Positions 1 to 12,536 of a DNA stretch of 64,000 bases are shown here, in pieces; positions within the stretch are counted from its first letter, which is position 1; every line of letters starts with the position of its first letter. The DNA is taken from NCBI RefSeq assembly GCF_964194025.1, contig NC_134472.1, forward strand, positions 16,616,001-16,680,000, written 5' to 3'. A program made the translations under genes and the position numbers. The notes under the pieces are model-generated. The model ran no database searches. It was given only the letters and a program-made list of their open reading frames with translations, and was not told where the DNA came from. This stretch comes from Convolutriloba macropyga (taxonomy: Eukaryota).

Positions 1-1129
1 GTCAGAAACGCAAACTGGACTAGCAACTGTCTTCAAGAAACAGTTTCGACAGGCTAAATCACTGCAATTCACACTGCAGCCCGAAAGGAGTCAATAAAAC
101 AATCATAAGGAACTAAAACACATTAAGTCGAAAAGTTGAGATCAAAACGTTGGCTGCCAAATTGCAAAATATCCAAATATATAAACATACCCGGCAGATT
201 GCCGGAAAATAGCCGCCGTTGATTCCAATAAGCATATTGGGATTGAAAGAATAGAAGATATTGAAAAAAAAAGATTTTTGTACAGAAACATTTTTTAAGT
301 CCGATTTATTTTGATGGCATTTCGTAGTTGAAGATAACGTACTTCTGTTTCTTAGAGGGAGGCTACAGGGGCTACTATCAATACCAATAAGCATTAGAGA
401 TGGTAACTAAGACTTATAGGAATTTATGGGTTTATCCCGTTTCTACTTCTGACTTCAATTTTTTATACTGACTGTTCATTTTGAATTGCTTTGCTGAGCA
501 ACTGATGTTCAAAATCACTTTTAGCAGAATGAGAGAAGAGAGAAAATAGTCTAGAGAAGTCAAAAAGATATCACGCAAAATGTTGAAAAAGCGGCAAAAT
601 GAGGTAAAGCGAAAAATATTTTTATTCGACGAAGTAAAAAAACATAGCAGGACAAGTCCTGAAATACAATTCAAAGAATTGAATGAAAAACTCAGACGCA
701 CTCTACCTGACCAGCAGATCAATTGAACAATGCCAGCCAGAACATAAAAAATCACCAAAGAATTGAGAAACTAAAAGAATCAAAACTAAACAAAAACAAA
801 CTCATTGCTAAAACTCTTGAAGCTTTTAAACCTAAGGCAAAACTTTTTCCCTTTAAAAACACTTATTACAAAAATATGTTCAAAACCAATTTTTGTTTCT
901 GAAATCGGTCCAGTATTATATCTGCAATACCTGAAAAATATTCATTGGCCCTTGAAGATCGATTAACTTGAGAATGACCAAAAAATTTAAGAAAAGAAAT
1001 CAATTGCAAATTATAAGAAAATGTTGCTGAAAATTGTGATATAAATATCTTCAGAATCATTTCTGTGTCTCTAGGGGTTATCCAGTAACCCAATTCCAAG
1101 CATTAAAAAATCATTGGCTCATAGATCGA

Positions 1130-2020
1130 TAGGCAATAAATTTTATCAAAATAGAAATTCCTTCAAATAAAATGTTGAAAGCCATTCAATTGCCCCCTAG
1201 CAACTATTTAAAAAAATATTGTCAAACCCTGGATGCGTTTACCTGGCAACTGAGGCAAGAAAAAAGTATTAAAATACAAATATTTTAAAAAAAACTTGAA
1301 AAAAATTGCAAATTCTATCAAACAATTTCTAAAAGTCGAAAGGTTAAACTGTTGAAAACAAATCCATTGAAACTAAAAACCATGCAGTTACTTTTTATCA
1401 AAACGTGGAATAGGTTTTCTTGCACTTGAGAATGGACGAATATCAAAAACTTTAAACTTTAGGAAACATTAAAAAAATTGCAGATCTTATCAAAAAAATG
1501 CTAAAATTCGAGACTTTAAAAAGTTAAAAAGAATTTCATTGTTACTAGAAACTATGCAGTTCCCTATTAACAAACCTCAACGGAGATTGCCTGGTCCCTG
1601 AAACCGGAAAAGCTGACAAAATGATGAAAATTTTCAAAAACCTGAAAAAAATGCAAATTTGTTCAAAAAATTGCTAAAATTTGTGATATTCAAAAGTTGA
1701 AACCTATTCCATGGCAACTAAAAATTTTTCAGTAACTTATTATCCAACCCTTAATATGCGTTTCTTGCCCCTGGGACTCAAACAACTTGAAGGATGACAA
1801 TAAATATGTCAAAAAACATGAAAAATTTGCAACTTTTGTCAAAAAATGCTAAAATTCATGATGTCAAAAAGTTGAAAACCGTTCCATTACCACTAGAAAC
1901 TGTCCAGTAACCTATCCTCCAACCCTTTATCAAACCCTAGAGGAGGTTTCGTGACACCTAGGGCTAAAAAACTCAAAAAATGACAAATATTTAAAAAAAA
2001 CCTGAAAAAAATTGCAAAAA
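1130..2020. repeat. Degenerate tandem satellite, ~175-bp unit, ~5 copies
   Basis: Block aaaaaattgcaaatt..tcaaaaaa..gctaaaatt....aaaagttgaaa....tccatt...actagaaac recurs at ~1305, 1475, 1650 and 1825, with a partial copy at ~2005. Edges approximate. Confidence 0.65.
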
Positions 2021-2259
2021 TTCGTATCATTTTGTGTGATTGTGTTTGTAGTACCACAACATATAGCTCATAAAATGGTCATAACAAGCAATTTTGTCTC
2101 GCAAAAGGCCTTCATCAGCTTTTAAAAACTTCAACCTAAGACTAATCAAACAAAAATCTCAAAAATCACAAAAAACACGAAAAATTGCACCATTTTTAGC
2201 CGAAAAACTCCTAAAAATGACCTTTTAACCTTTAATTAAGGCCATCCCAGCAGCTGCGC

Positions 2260-3560
2260 CACTATACGCACTTGAAGGACTACTAAAGCCCGCTTTGGGC
2301 CTCTAATGAAACTTAATGCCCGCTGGGCTTTACCTGTTTATCCCGTTTCGAAAGATCAAAGTCATCGAAAAACGTGTGAACACATCTTAAAAAAAAAAAC
2401 ACAGCGCACCAATACAATTCAAATTCTTTGAATTGTAAAAAAAAATAGGAGCGCTATAATAGCCGGCTGAGAAGATGAGGCGGCTATTAACAATGAACAA
2501 AATTTGCTGTCACTGCATTTTCTTGAAAAATTACCTTAATTTATCTCTATCTATTTGGAAAAATCTTTGATCAAATGAATTCAACCTCTTGAAAAATTGA
2601 GAAAGCATGTTAAGAGACCCAAAATTTAAAACATAGCTGGCAGATTGCCAGAAAATAGTCGCAATAGCTTTGTAGATCTGCAGTCTCAAAAAGCAGTAAA
2701 AAAGACAGACCAAAAAAATCTACTTTTCATTTAAGGCTGATATGTTATGATTTTATTTAAAAAATCTGTGTAAGTTTTTGCTGCCTCTATTAGCTGCTCT
2801 CTAATAACCTTCATTTAGAGTGACACACACCCATTTGACCTTATCGCTTTGAATTAAAGTAAATAAAAGTCAATTTCAAAGTGAGTGAGGTAAGTCAAGT
2901 GTGACCAAAATTTAATCACGCAAATGAAGAAAAAACTCGCTCCACTAAGAGCGAAAACTGACGTCACGCACGCACTTCAGTTGAAATTGCATGAACGAAT
3001 GAATAAAAAGCAGATTTGAAGTGGTTGTGACGTCATATGGTCGTAAAAAAATGGTGACAACGAAATAAAAAAAACTAAGCGAAGGCCAATAATAGCCCCA
3101 GCTATCGCTGTGCGGCTATTAAAAAACAATGGTTGAACAACCAACAAAAAAGAAATATGCGCCAATTTTGCACTTGCAACGCATTATTTGTCAATTGAAA
3201 TTACTGCAAAATCATCTGCAGACGGTTACATGATACTGCAGCTGCAATCGAAAACATTTTAAATTAAAATACAGATACAAAAATTGACGAACAAAATCTA
3301 GATGCACTGATTCCTTAAAAAAATTTTTTTCAAGGTCCAAAAATCTTTCACTCAACGCAGCGCCTGAACAAAAGTTTCTCTCGTTTAGCAGAAAAAACAT
3401 AGTTCACGACAATTTAACTCCCTTTCCATTAGAGTTAAAACGCCGCCTGAACACATAGTACTTCAGGTTAAAAAAAAACTCAAAAACAATGCGCCTCTTC
3501 AAATCTTTAAAAAATTAAGAGAAGACCAATAATAGCTCTCAGCTATCGCAGCTATTAAAA
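2260..3560 (+). repeat. Cluster of short dispersed repeats ending in an 8-9 bp hairpin (Helitron/Helentron-like non-autonomous elements)
   Basis: Hairpins TAATAGCCG..CGGCTATTA (2457-2489), TAATAGCC..GGCTATTA (3090-3121) and TAATAGCT..AGCTATTA (3530-3557). The body motif aacttaatgccc....ttacctgtttat.ccgttt at ~2310-2348 recurs at ~12810-12848 and ~13315-13355. Superfamily is inferred. Confidence 0.45.
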
Positions 3561-3643
3561 AAAGAAATTGACTCGACAAGTCCAGTAAGCTTGACTGCAA
3601 TCATGCGGGGACAGCAATCTGCGATGGCTGATAAATTGTCGAG

Positions 3644-3709
3644 CTGTAAATAGAAATAAAGTTAGTATTTTAAGTTGAAAAACTATCACAATTTCCGATT
3701 AAAACTTAC
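3644..3709 (-). other. Candidate 66-nt spliceosomal intron
   Basis: Minus strand reads GTAAGT donor (3709-3704), exact TACTAAC branch point (3667-3661), pyrimidine tract and TTTACAG acceptor ending at 3644. Flanking exons are not recognisable as protein. Confidence 0.5.
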
Positions 3710-4121
3710 ATTTGCCTACTTGTGCATTAGGGAATAACATATCGAACATTGCATATGAGCATAATACAGAGGTCACACCTCGATAGACCGTTTTCGAGAA
3801 TAAGAATTATATGCAAATAACAAATGTCACTCGATCCTTTATAATTACATCACGCAACAAGATCAAACATGGTAAAAGTTTAAAATTTCCAGAGTAATTG
3901 AAGAAAACTTCTGTTAGAATCTAAAAATATACCAATCATAATAAAGAAAATCCAATCATTATATATGCCGTCGAAATCTTTATAAAGCACTCAACGTCTT
4001 TCATTTAAAAAATATTGTTTTATCTTGTGCACCTTCTACAGCCTACTAAGATGCGCGCATGTTCTGCTGAAGCCCACTTAGAGGTTTTAAAAACATTGAA
4101 CGGACAAAATGGGAAACATAC

Positions 4122-4201
4122 CCTAGCTCTATTCTCCCCTTTAGTCATAAACCTGTTCTCCTGCAGCAGAAGCACTAGGTCTTTATACGCCGCACGCTGG
4201 A
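4122..4201 (-). CDS. PCED1: PC-esterase domain protein (PCED1/FAM113-like), coding exon 2
   Basis: ttgtttcag acceptor, then (I)QRAAYKDLVLLLQENRFMTKGENRAR, then gtatgt donor. A phase-1 join to exon 1 yields LGDSIQRAAYKDLVLLLQ, matching the PCED1 signature LGDSIQRAVYKDLVLLLQ. Confidence 0.85.
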
Positions 4202-4822
4202 CTGAAACAACAAAACATTATTTTAATTCAACATCTGCTCATTTCTAACCATCACATAATACCCTCACTCGGTGCGAAATTTTCCCCAGGTCTCGTGTAT
4301 ATTTAATGAACGTTTTGTATTAAGGATACCAGTTTATATATTCACAGAAATAGACCTTATCTTTACCACTAGTATAGGAAAAATCTCTGTGTTGCTGAGA
4401 CATAATTTTACCGATGAACTGTTCACTTTTCCTCTGTCGAAAATACATCTATAGTGGATCTTTTTCACCCTGGTAATGGTAAATACTAAATGACTTGTCC
4501 CATCTCTTATTAGATTATCAGATGAATATCCCTGTAAACACACGTTACACATACTTATGAATAAGAAATTTTTGTTCACGGTAAGAAAGGAACACAGAAT
4601 ACCAGCAATTGATTTTTCCAGATTTCAGCCTCTGATCAGACCATCTTGCTTCGCACGCTGGCGGGAAAACGACCATCTTTCCAAGAAGTTATCTATCCCG
4701 CCTTACGGGACATTTGAATTTCCCACCCACCCACTAACAGCAAAAATTGTAAACAGGGATCGAAATACTCAGCTCTTGGGGAGATTTCAATGCAATCCAA
4801 AAAATGTCCGAAAAGTACTCAC

Positions 4823-5642
4823 TTGAATCCCCTAAATAGACAACTTTCTTGCCCTTTAACAATCGCTGAGCCTCTTCACACGTGTACGCAGGAACATCAA
4901 CGGGACTATCTGCTACCGGAGTCAATGGAGCAATCAAGCCCCCCGCAGCCGCACCGCCTGTTGCCAACCTCTGCTGAACAAGCGGATGAGGATCTGTGAA
5001 GAATCCACTCGACTTTTTACCATTGTTAGTGTTCTTAGTTGTTACAGTAATTGTAGTCTTGATTGGCGTTGAATCATCTGATTCTTTCTCGGCGTCTTTC
5101 ACATCAGTTTTGGCAATAATTATGGTTTTTTCGTCAGTATCCTTTCGTCTAGAAGCAAGTATCTTTTCCTGGTCTGCTGATTGTTCTGATTTCAGGGAAA
5201 TTGCCTTTTCATGCTCTTCGGAAATTTTCTCGGTTTCAGGTGCTTGCGATACCTCTTGTTCATCTTTCTGAGCTGAAGATGCTTCATCACTACTCAAATC
5301 TATGACTTCAGTTTTGGCCAAATCAGAATTACCATCAACACAATTTTGACTAGATTTATCTGCTTCAATTTCACTTGAATCATTTGAGTTGTCTTGAGCT
5401 AACCCCTCATTTTGATCGCACTCAGTCGGTTGATCAACAGTTTCAACATGGGTAGGTTTTTCCTCTTGTGGTTCGCTGACCTCGTTAACTTCAATAACTT
5501 CAGAGCAGTTATCCGAAAGATCATTAACTGATGGGTTGTTGGTAGAGAAATCAGAATCCAAATTGCTTTTAAAATTTTCACAAACTTGATTCGTTTCGTC
5601 ATTAACTTCAGTCACTTCCGGCGTGGTACTTTCGGATGACAT
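4823..5642 (-). CDS. PCED1: PC-esterase domain protein (PCED1/FAM113-like), coding exon 1 with long acidic low-complexity N-terminus
   Basis: ATG at 5642. The frame runs to EEAQRLLKGKKVVYLGDS (GDS motif of SGNH/PC-esterases), then a GTGAGT donor at 4822. Exons after exon 2 were not recognised in the window. Confidence 0.8.
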
Positions 5643-6497
5643 TTTCAATCTTAAATGAAAGAACTTCACAAAGAATCTTTTCTAATTACAAAAGTTTGGG
5701 ATGAGTAAACGCAAGTTAAATCAAATGATTTCTTGAGCTATAACAGTAACACGATTCGATCGATCACCTTTTCAACACAACTATTAGGATTGCTCATTGA
5801 CGGAAACCAAACTCGAGAGATACAATCCACTTTTTCCCAGCTCAAACCTATTTTTTACTTTTGAAATCAAAATGACAAAAGATGTACTGCTAATGGCAAT
5901 CTTCCCCTAAATTTAGCTATTGACACTTCTGAAAACAGCGGCACCAGAAAAAAATTTTAAAATGATTGTTTCAGTTGGTACCCTATACTTCACGTGCCTT
6001 GAGACTTAATTTTTTTAAATAAGAAAATGGGTATTCTAAAATATTAATTTCAAAAATTTGGTGTTTTCCATGTTTAGTTCTATGCCAAGTTCAACTGTCC
6101 TGTTGATGTTTTCAGTTTTAGTTCGGATTAAAATAATAGCAAAATTTTTTAAAATCATGAGTAACAGTCAAAGTTTTCAGCTGGTTGATTCAAAGATTTA
6201 TTCTTCTTGGAATGTACGGAAAAACTTTTACATCATTAGTTTCCTGTCATGACTTAGAACAGATGAGCTACTCCTTCAATATCTTGCCAATTCAAGGAGG
6301 CTGCAGAATTATTTGAAGTCCACTGATTTTGATTATGTCATTTTGTAGTACTCCGAGAACTTTCAAAAAGCATGTTTTTATTCGGAAGTATCGACTTCCT
6401 TGCAGGTTATTTTTTTCAGCAAAAGTTCATTACGCGGCAGTAAAAATTAGTCAACGAGCTGAAACTGCAATAGACAGTTTTCAGAAAATATGATGGC

Positions 6498-9400
6498 GAA
6501 CAAACAATGCTTGAAATAAATCAAACAGGAGACGGTAAAAATTACAATAAAATCACGTAAGAGCACTTGATAATTTCAATTAATTTTGAGCTATGTCATA
6601 AGATCTGTAGTGTCCTCTTCTTAATTTAAAATAAAATCTCATCATTATTGTCGGAATAAAATACAGATTATTCTTCAAGATTGATAAACCATCTTGTTTT
6701 TATTTTTACTCAAAAACTATATTGTCAGTGAAAGAAATAGCATTTTCAAAAAAGCAACGTCACTGACCGTTGAAAAAGTAGACTAAATAAAAAAACAACA
6801 AAAAAGTCCTGAAAACAATCGAAAGATTCGAAAGAAAATTATAGCAATAGTTCACCTGACCATCACAACAACCGAGCATTATGTGCCAAACAGAAAAAAA
6901 TAGTTTCACAAACTAAGAGTGAACTAATTAGATATTTTTGGTGTTAAAGTAAACAAAACCAAAGTTTCCGATCAAAAACGCGAGGAAGCATCACTGCAAC
7001 TTGGCATCCAAGAAAAATCTTGCTTGACAACTAAAAGATACGCAGAAACAGGCAAAAGATCAAAAAATCGAAAAGTGAAAATGGCAAAAAAAACTCAGAT
7101 TCGCAACATGTTCTGGGTGTTATTGTCCTGAAAAACAAAATTTTTATGCTAAAACTGCTGCAGCATTCCGGCTGCAAGCTCAAAAGAAGCTTAGCACTTG
7201 AATTCGAACAACACAATTCGAACAACATTTTTCAAAAAAACATGGAAAAATTGCTAAATTTGTTGCAAAATTTTATATTTTTTATACCTCATCTCGTCAA
7301 AACCACCAATTCTTTCTGTGCAAAAATTCATAAAACAATTAATCTGCAGGCTAGCCGACTAAACCTAGTTGAGCAAAAAATAGCTCCAGTCGTAAGTTGA
7401 CGAAAAATGACCAAGAATGAAATTTGTTTTTCTTGTATCACCTCTGCTATCTTCGAATAAAATTGACTTTATTATTGACTAAGTATTACTGACAAAGCTT
7501 TCTTTGAAATAAAAAAATCTGAAGCACATCATTAAATAAGCAAAAAGAGTCGCCAGAACTGCAATTCAGATCACTCTTCTGGATAGTGAAAGCCCAAACA
7601 GCTATCACTGTGACTCATCAAGGGTGCAACCTGATCTGTCGTTGAAATATTTCAGCAACCTCCTCTCCTTGAAAACGAGACAATTAACGTTAACACGAAC
7701 GAACAATGCTTAAAATAAATCTAACAGGAAACAGTAATAATTACAAAAATAAAATCACGTAAAAGCACTTGATAATTTCAATTAATTTTGAGCTATGTCA
7801 TATGATCTGTAGTGTCCTCTTCTTAATTTAAAATAAAATCTCATCATTATTGTCGGAATAAAATTCACATTATTCTTCAGGATTGATAAACCATCTTGTT
7901 TTTATTTTTACTCAAAAACTATATTGTAAGTGAAAGAAATAGCATTTTCAAAAAAGCAACGTCACTGACTATTAAAAAAGTAGACTAAATAAAAAACAAC
8001 AAAAAAGTCCTGGAAACAATCGAAAGATTCGAATGAAAATTATAGCAATAGTTCACCTGACCATCACAACAACCGAGCATTATGTGCCAAACAGACAAAA
8101 GTAGTTTCACAAACTAAGAGTGAACTAATTAGATATTTTTGGTGTTAAAGTAAACAAAACCAATAATTCCAATCAAAAACGCAAGGAAGCATCACTGAAC
8201 TTGGCATCAGAGAAAAATCTTGCTTGACAAATAAAAGATACGCAGAAACAGGCAAAAGATCAAAAAATCGAAACGTGAAATTGGCAAAAAACACAGATTC
8301 GGAACATGTTCTGGGTGTTATTGTCCTGAAAAACAAAATTTTTATGCTAAAACTTGTGCAACATTCCGGCTGCAAGCTCAAAAGCAGCTTAGAACGTGAA
8401 TTCGAACAACACAAGTCCAAAATTTTTCAAAAAAAAAACATGGAAAAATTGCTATATTTGTTAAATTGTATATTTTTATACATAACTCATCAAAACCACC
8501 AATTCTTTCTTGGCAAAAATTCATAAAACAATTAATCTGCGGGCTAGCCGACTAAACCTAGTTAAGCAATTAATAGCTCCAGTAGTAAGTTGACCAAAAA
8601 TGGCCAAGAGTGAAATTCGTGTTTTTCTTGTATCACCTCAGCTATCATCGAATAAAATTGGCTGAAATATTGACAAAGTATTACCGACAAAGCTTTCTTT
8701 GAAGTAAAAAATCTTAAGCACATCATTAAATAAGCAAAAAAAGTCGCCAGAACTGCAATTCAGATCACTCTTCTGGATAGTGAAAGCCCAAACAGCTATC
8801 ACTGTGACTCATCAAGGGTGCAACCTGATCTGTCGTTGAAATATTTCAGCAACCTCCTCTCCTTGAAAACGAGACAATAAACATTAACACGAACGAACAA
8901 TGCCTAAAATAAATCTAACAGGAAACAGTAAAAATTACAACAATAAAATCACGTAAAAGCACTTGATAATTTCAATTATTTTTGAGCTATGTCATATGAT
9001 CTGTAGTGTCCTCTTCTTAATTTAAAATAAAATCTCATCATTATTGTCGGAATAAAATACATATTATTCTTCAGGATTGATAAAACATCTTGTTTTTATT
9101 TTTACTCAAAAACAATATTTTCAGAGAAAGAAATAGCATTTTCAAAAAAGCAACGTCACTGACCCTTAAAAAAGTAGACTAAATAAAAAACAACAAAAAA
9201 GTCCTGAAAACAATCGAAAGATTCGAAAGAAAATTATAGCAATAGTTCACCTGACCATCACAACAACCGAGCATTATGTGCCAAACAGAAAAAAAATAGT
9301 TTCACAAACTAAGAGTGAACTAATTAGATATTTTTGGTGTTAAAGTAAACAAAACCAATGTTTCCAATCAAAAACGCAAGGAAGCATCAATGAAACTTGG

Positions 9401-10075
9401 CATCTGAGAAAAATCTTGCTTGACAAAAAGATACGCAGAAACAGGCAAAAGATCAAAAAATCGAAACGTGAAATTGGCAAAAAAACTCAGATTCGCAACA
9501 TGTTCTGGGTGTTAATGTCCTGAAAAACAAAATTTTTATGCTAAAACTTGTGCAACATTCCGGCTGCAAGCTCAAAAGCAGCTTAGAACTTGAATTCGAA
9601 CAACACAAGTCCAACAATTTTCAAAAAAACATGGAAAAATTGCTAAATTTGTTGTTAAATTGTATATTTTTTATACCTAACTCGTCAAAACCACCAATTC
9701 TTTCTTGGCAAAAATTCATAAAACAATTAATCTGCAGAATAGCCGACTAAACCTAGTTAAGCAATTAATAGCTCCAGTAGTAAGTTGACCAAAAATGGCC
9801 AAGAGTGAAATTTGTGTTTTTCTTGTATCACCTCAGCTATCATCGAATAAAATTGGCTGTAATATTGACAAAGTATTACTGACAAAGCTTTCTTTGAAGT
9901 AAAAAAATCTGAAGCACATCATTTAATAAGCAAAAAAGTCACCAGAACTGCAATCCAGATCACTCTTCTGGATAGTGAAAGCCCAAACAGCTATCACTGT
10001 GACACATCAAGGGTGCAACCTGATCTGTGGTTCGAACATTTCAGCAACCTCCTCTCCTTGAAAACCAGACAATTA
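6498..10075. repeat. Tandem triplication of a ~1.2-kb unit
   Basis: Units start at ~6498, ~7697 and ~8891 (gaac.aacaatgc.t.aaataaatc.aacagga) and each ends cctcctctccttgaaaac.agacaat. Copies are highly similar by eye. Confidence 0.95.
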
Positions 10076-10220
10076 CTAAGGTTGAATTGTCAACATTAAG
10101 TTACATACAAACTATAAACAATACCGCAATTATCACCGAAGCTGTTGATTGTACACTGAGTGCTTAATTTACATTTACTTGAACAAATTGTCCGTCATAC
10201 TATCATTTAAATTTTTCTCA

Positions 10221-12536
10221 TTACAAGCTACTAAGGGGCTTATTTGGATTCCGAGACTGAAACGAATTTGGCCAACTAGCCGGCGTATTTCCGCCCACAA
10301 GCATTTGGTTGTTCAGACCCGACATATGATGATAAAACTCTTCTTTTTCCACCTGTATTGCAACGTCACCAACTCCAGCACCTTTCAGAATCGCTGAAAC
10401 TTGCTGAATGATTCTTTGCTCTACAGCTGAAGCTTCAACTTGAACGTGCATAGTTGCGCAAACAAGTGATGAAGAATGCCTCCAAAAATGGACAACGCTG
10501 AAACCTACAACAGAGTCTATATTCTGTATTTTAAGTAACGCAGCATTTAGATCAGCCTGCATTTCTGTCGGCACACAATTTAGAAGGATTTTCGCGGTTT
10601 CTGTCAACAGCGGAATCAATGACAGTCCAATTAACAAAGCGATGAATATGGAACATATAGGATCTGCAATGTTCCATCCAAAATATTGAATCAAAAGGGA
10701 AGATACAATAACTCCACAGGAACCCAAAGTGTCCGCTAAAACGTGAAGGAAAACACCTTTCATGTTAGTATTGGAGGCTGTTGAACTTCCGTGATCATGG
10801 TCTCCATCATGGCTATGATCGTGTCCATGATCATGATGATGGTGGTCATGTGAATCGCCATGTGAATGAGAATGCCCATGATCATGTGAGTGGCTATGAC
10901 CATGAGAGCATCCTCCACCATGAGCGTGATGATGTGCCTCATGGAACGCGAAGATTCCAAACAAGTTGACCAGAAGGCCAGCCACAGATACAAACAGAAG
11001 TCGATCAGTGCTTATAGTAGGTGGGTCAAACAGACGTTCGAGAGCTTCTGTTAATACAAAAAATGCCACAATAGCCAAGAACAATGCGTTTACAAAGCCA
11101 GATAACACTTCAATTCTTCCATAGCCGTAAGGGTACTCGCTGTTCGCTTTCCATTTGGACATAACAGCTGCAAATAACCCCAGACAAAGCGCCGAGCAGT
11201 CAAAAAGCATATGGAACCCGTCCGATATTAGACCCAAACTGTTGGTCCAAACTCCATATATCAATTCAACAAAAGTAAAACCAAGATTAACACATAGGAA
11301 GTAAAATATCTGTCGGGAATCTTTCTCGCTTATAATTTGATGTAAACCTCGTTTGATCATAGTTTTGACAGAATATGTTGTTCTCATGAAGGCCTGGTTG
11401 GCGTAAGAGTATATAGGTTGACCATCGGAACCGTATCCAATAAAGCTTCCTCTAGAAGGCGATTTGTTATCACCTGTCAGAGCCAATGAAGCACTGATGA
11501 ACAGAAGACCAGCAACTATAACACCAAAAGATACCAAGTGATCTTCTGTTAAACCTTCAAATTGAGTGACAACTTTAACAGAGACTGTGTACGGTCTAGT
11601 CCACACAATTCCAATCGCAACTGCTGCCAAAATGCTGAAAACAGTTCCAGTCGAAGGGCTGTTGATCGGGTCAACTTTGTTAACATACGACTCAACGTAA
11701 AAAGGTATCAGGAACGATAAAAATGCGATAATGATTAACAACACCAAGATATGAACAAATGAAAACGCAATGGCGTCTTTCCCTGATCCGCTACTTCCGA
11801 AGGAAAACAGCAAGAGTGGAAATAACATTGCAGTCGACATGGAAGTTGACACAGAATTCAAGTACTTAGCACCACCGATATCTAAGGCCAATTTCTTCTC
11901 GTGACTTTTAGCCATGACTGAAAGCAGCATAGTCAAACACATCATAAGTATGCCAATTTTGTGGTCCGAAAACCCAGTAATTGACAGAAGCGAGTATACG
12001 AAGTGAGTGAAATAATTCGTGTGATGGCCTTCGGGATGTTTTGGCAATTTGTCCGCATTGTCATTGTCGAAAAAGAGCAATGTCACAACACCAATACCCA
12101 ACCATACAACTGCCCGTGCTTTCGCCTTTGAGCCCGCCTCTGATTTGAAAAGCGCGCCAATTGCACTTAGTACAACCGTATCACTTAGTTCGAATATCAA
12201 CACAGATCTTAACGGCCCACAAAGTGTAAATGAGAACGCCCATAATATCAGAACAACAGTACTCAAAAATGAATGACGTAAAATCTTCAATGTTTGCTGG
12301 GTCGTTAGCTTTTTCGTTTGAAACGGCTTTTGAAGTATTACTAACAAAATTGAGCAGATTAGTTGAATACCGAACAAAAATTGAGGCAGCTTGATAACTT
12401 TAAGCACATCGTAGGCTAGAAACAACCCGAAGCATTTCAGGAACTTGACAATACTGAGCAATGTCCACAGAGTTGATTTTGTTGCCCCCGTTTTTTTTAT
12501 CGTGTCTGTCGCAAAATTATCACTTGTTCGTAACAT
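10221..12536 (-). CDS. SLC30A5: Zinc transporter ZnT5 (CDF/SLC30 family), 771 aa, no intron in CDS
   Basis: Multi-TM N-terminal extension typical of ZnT5/Msc2. CDF motifs DSRQIFYFLCVNLGFTFVELIYGVWTNSLGLISDGFHMLFDC and NMKGVFLHVLADTLGS; His-rich loop at ~10790-10945. First true ATG is at 12536 (the track start at 12539 is GTG). Confidence 0.95.
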   Translation of the reverse strand: MLRTSDNFATDTIKKTGATKSTLWTLLSIVKFLKCFGLFLAYDVLKVIKLPQFLFGIQLICSILLVILQKPFQTKKLTTQQTLKILRHSFLSTVVLILWAFSFTLCGPLRSVLIFELSDTVVLSAIGALFKSEAGSKAKARAVVWLGIGVVTLLFFDNDNADKLPKHPEGHHTNYFTHFVYSLLSITGFSDHKIGILMMCLTMLLSVMAKSHEKKLALDIGGAKYLNSVSTSMSTAMLFPLLLFSFGSSGSGKDAIAFSFVHILVLLIIIAFLSFLIPFYVESYVNKVDPINSPSTGTVFSILAAVAIGIVWTRPYTVSVKVVTQFEGLTEDHLVSFGVIVAGLLFISASLALTGDNKSPSRGSFIGYGSDGQPIYSYANQAFMRTTYSVKTMIKRGLHQIISEKDSRQIFYFLCVNLGFTFVELIYGVWTNSLGLISDGFHMLFDCSALCLGLFAAVMSKWKANSEYPYGYGRIEVLSGFVNALFLAIVAFFVLTEALERLFDPPTISTDRLLFVSVAGLLVNLFGIFAFHEAHHHAHGGGCSHGHSHSHDHGHSHSHGDSHDHHHHDHGHDHSHDGDHDHGSSTASNTNMKGVFLHVLADTLGSCGVIVSSLLIQYFGWNIADPICSIFIALLIGLSLIPLLTETAKILLNCVPTEMQADLNAALLKIQNIDSVVGFSVVHFWRHSSSLVCATMHVQVEASAVEQRIIQQVSAILKGAGVGDVAIQVEKEEFYHHMSGLNNQMLVGGNTPASWPNSFQSRNPNKPLSSL

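Noticed and set aside
7031-9750. Short ORFs (MLKL.QHSGCKLK...) as a gene family
   Set aside because: They lie in the 1.2-kb repeat, frames and stops differ between units, and no domain is recognisable.
10149-12276. Antisense and alternate-frame ORFs over ZnT5 (and similar ones over the retroelements)
   Set aside because: Shadow ORFs of real coding sequence with no independent motifs.
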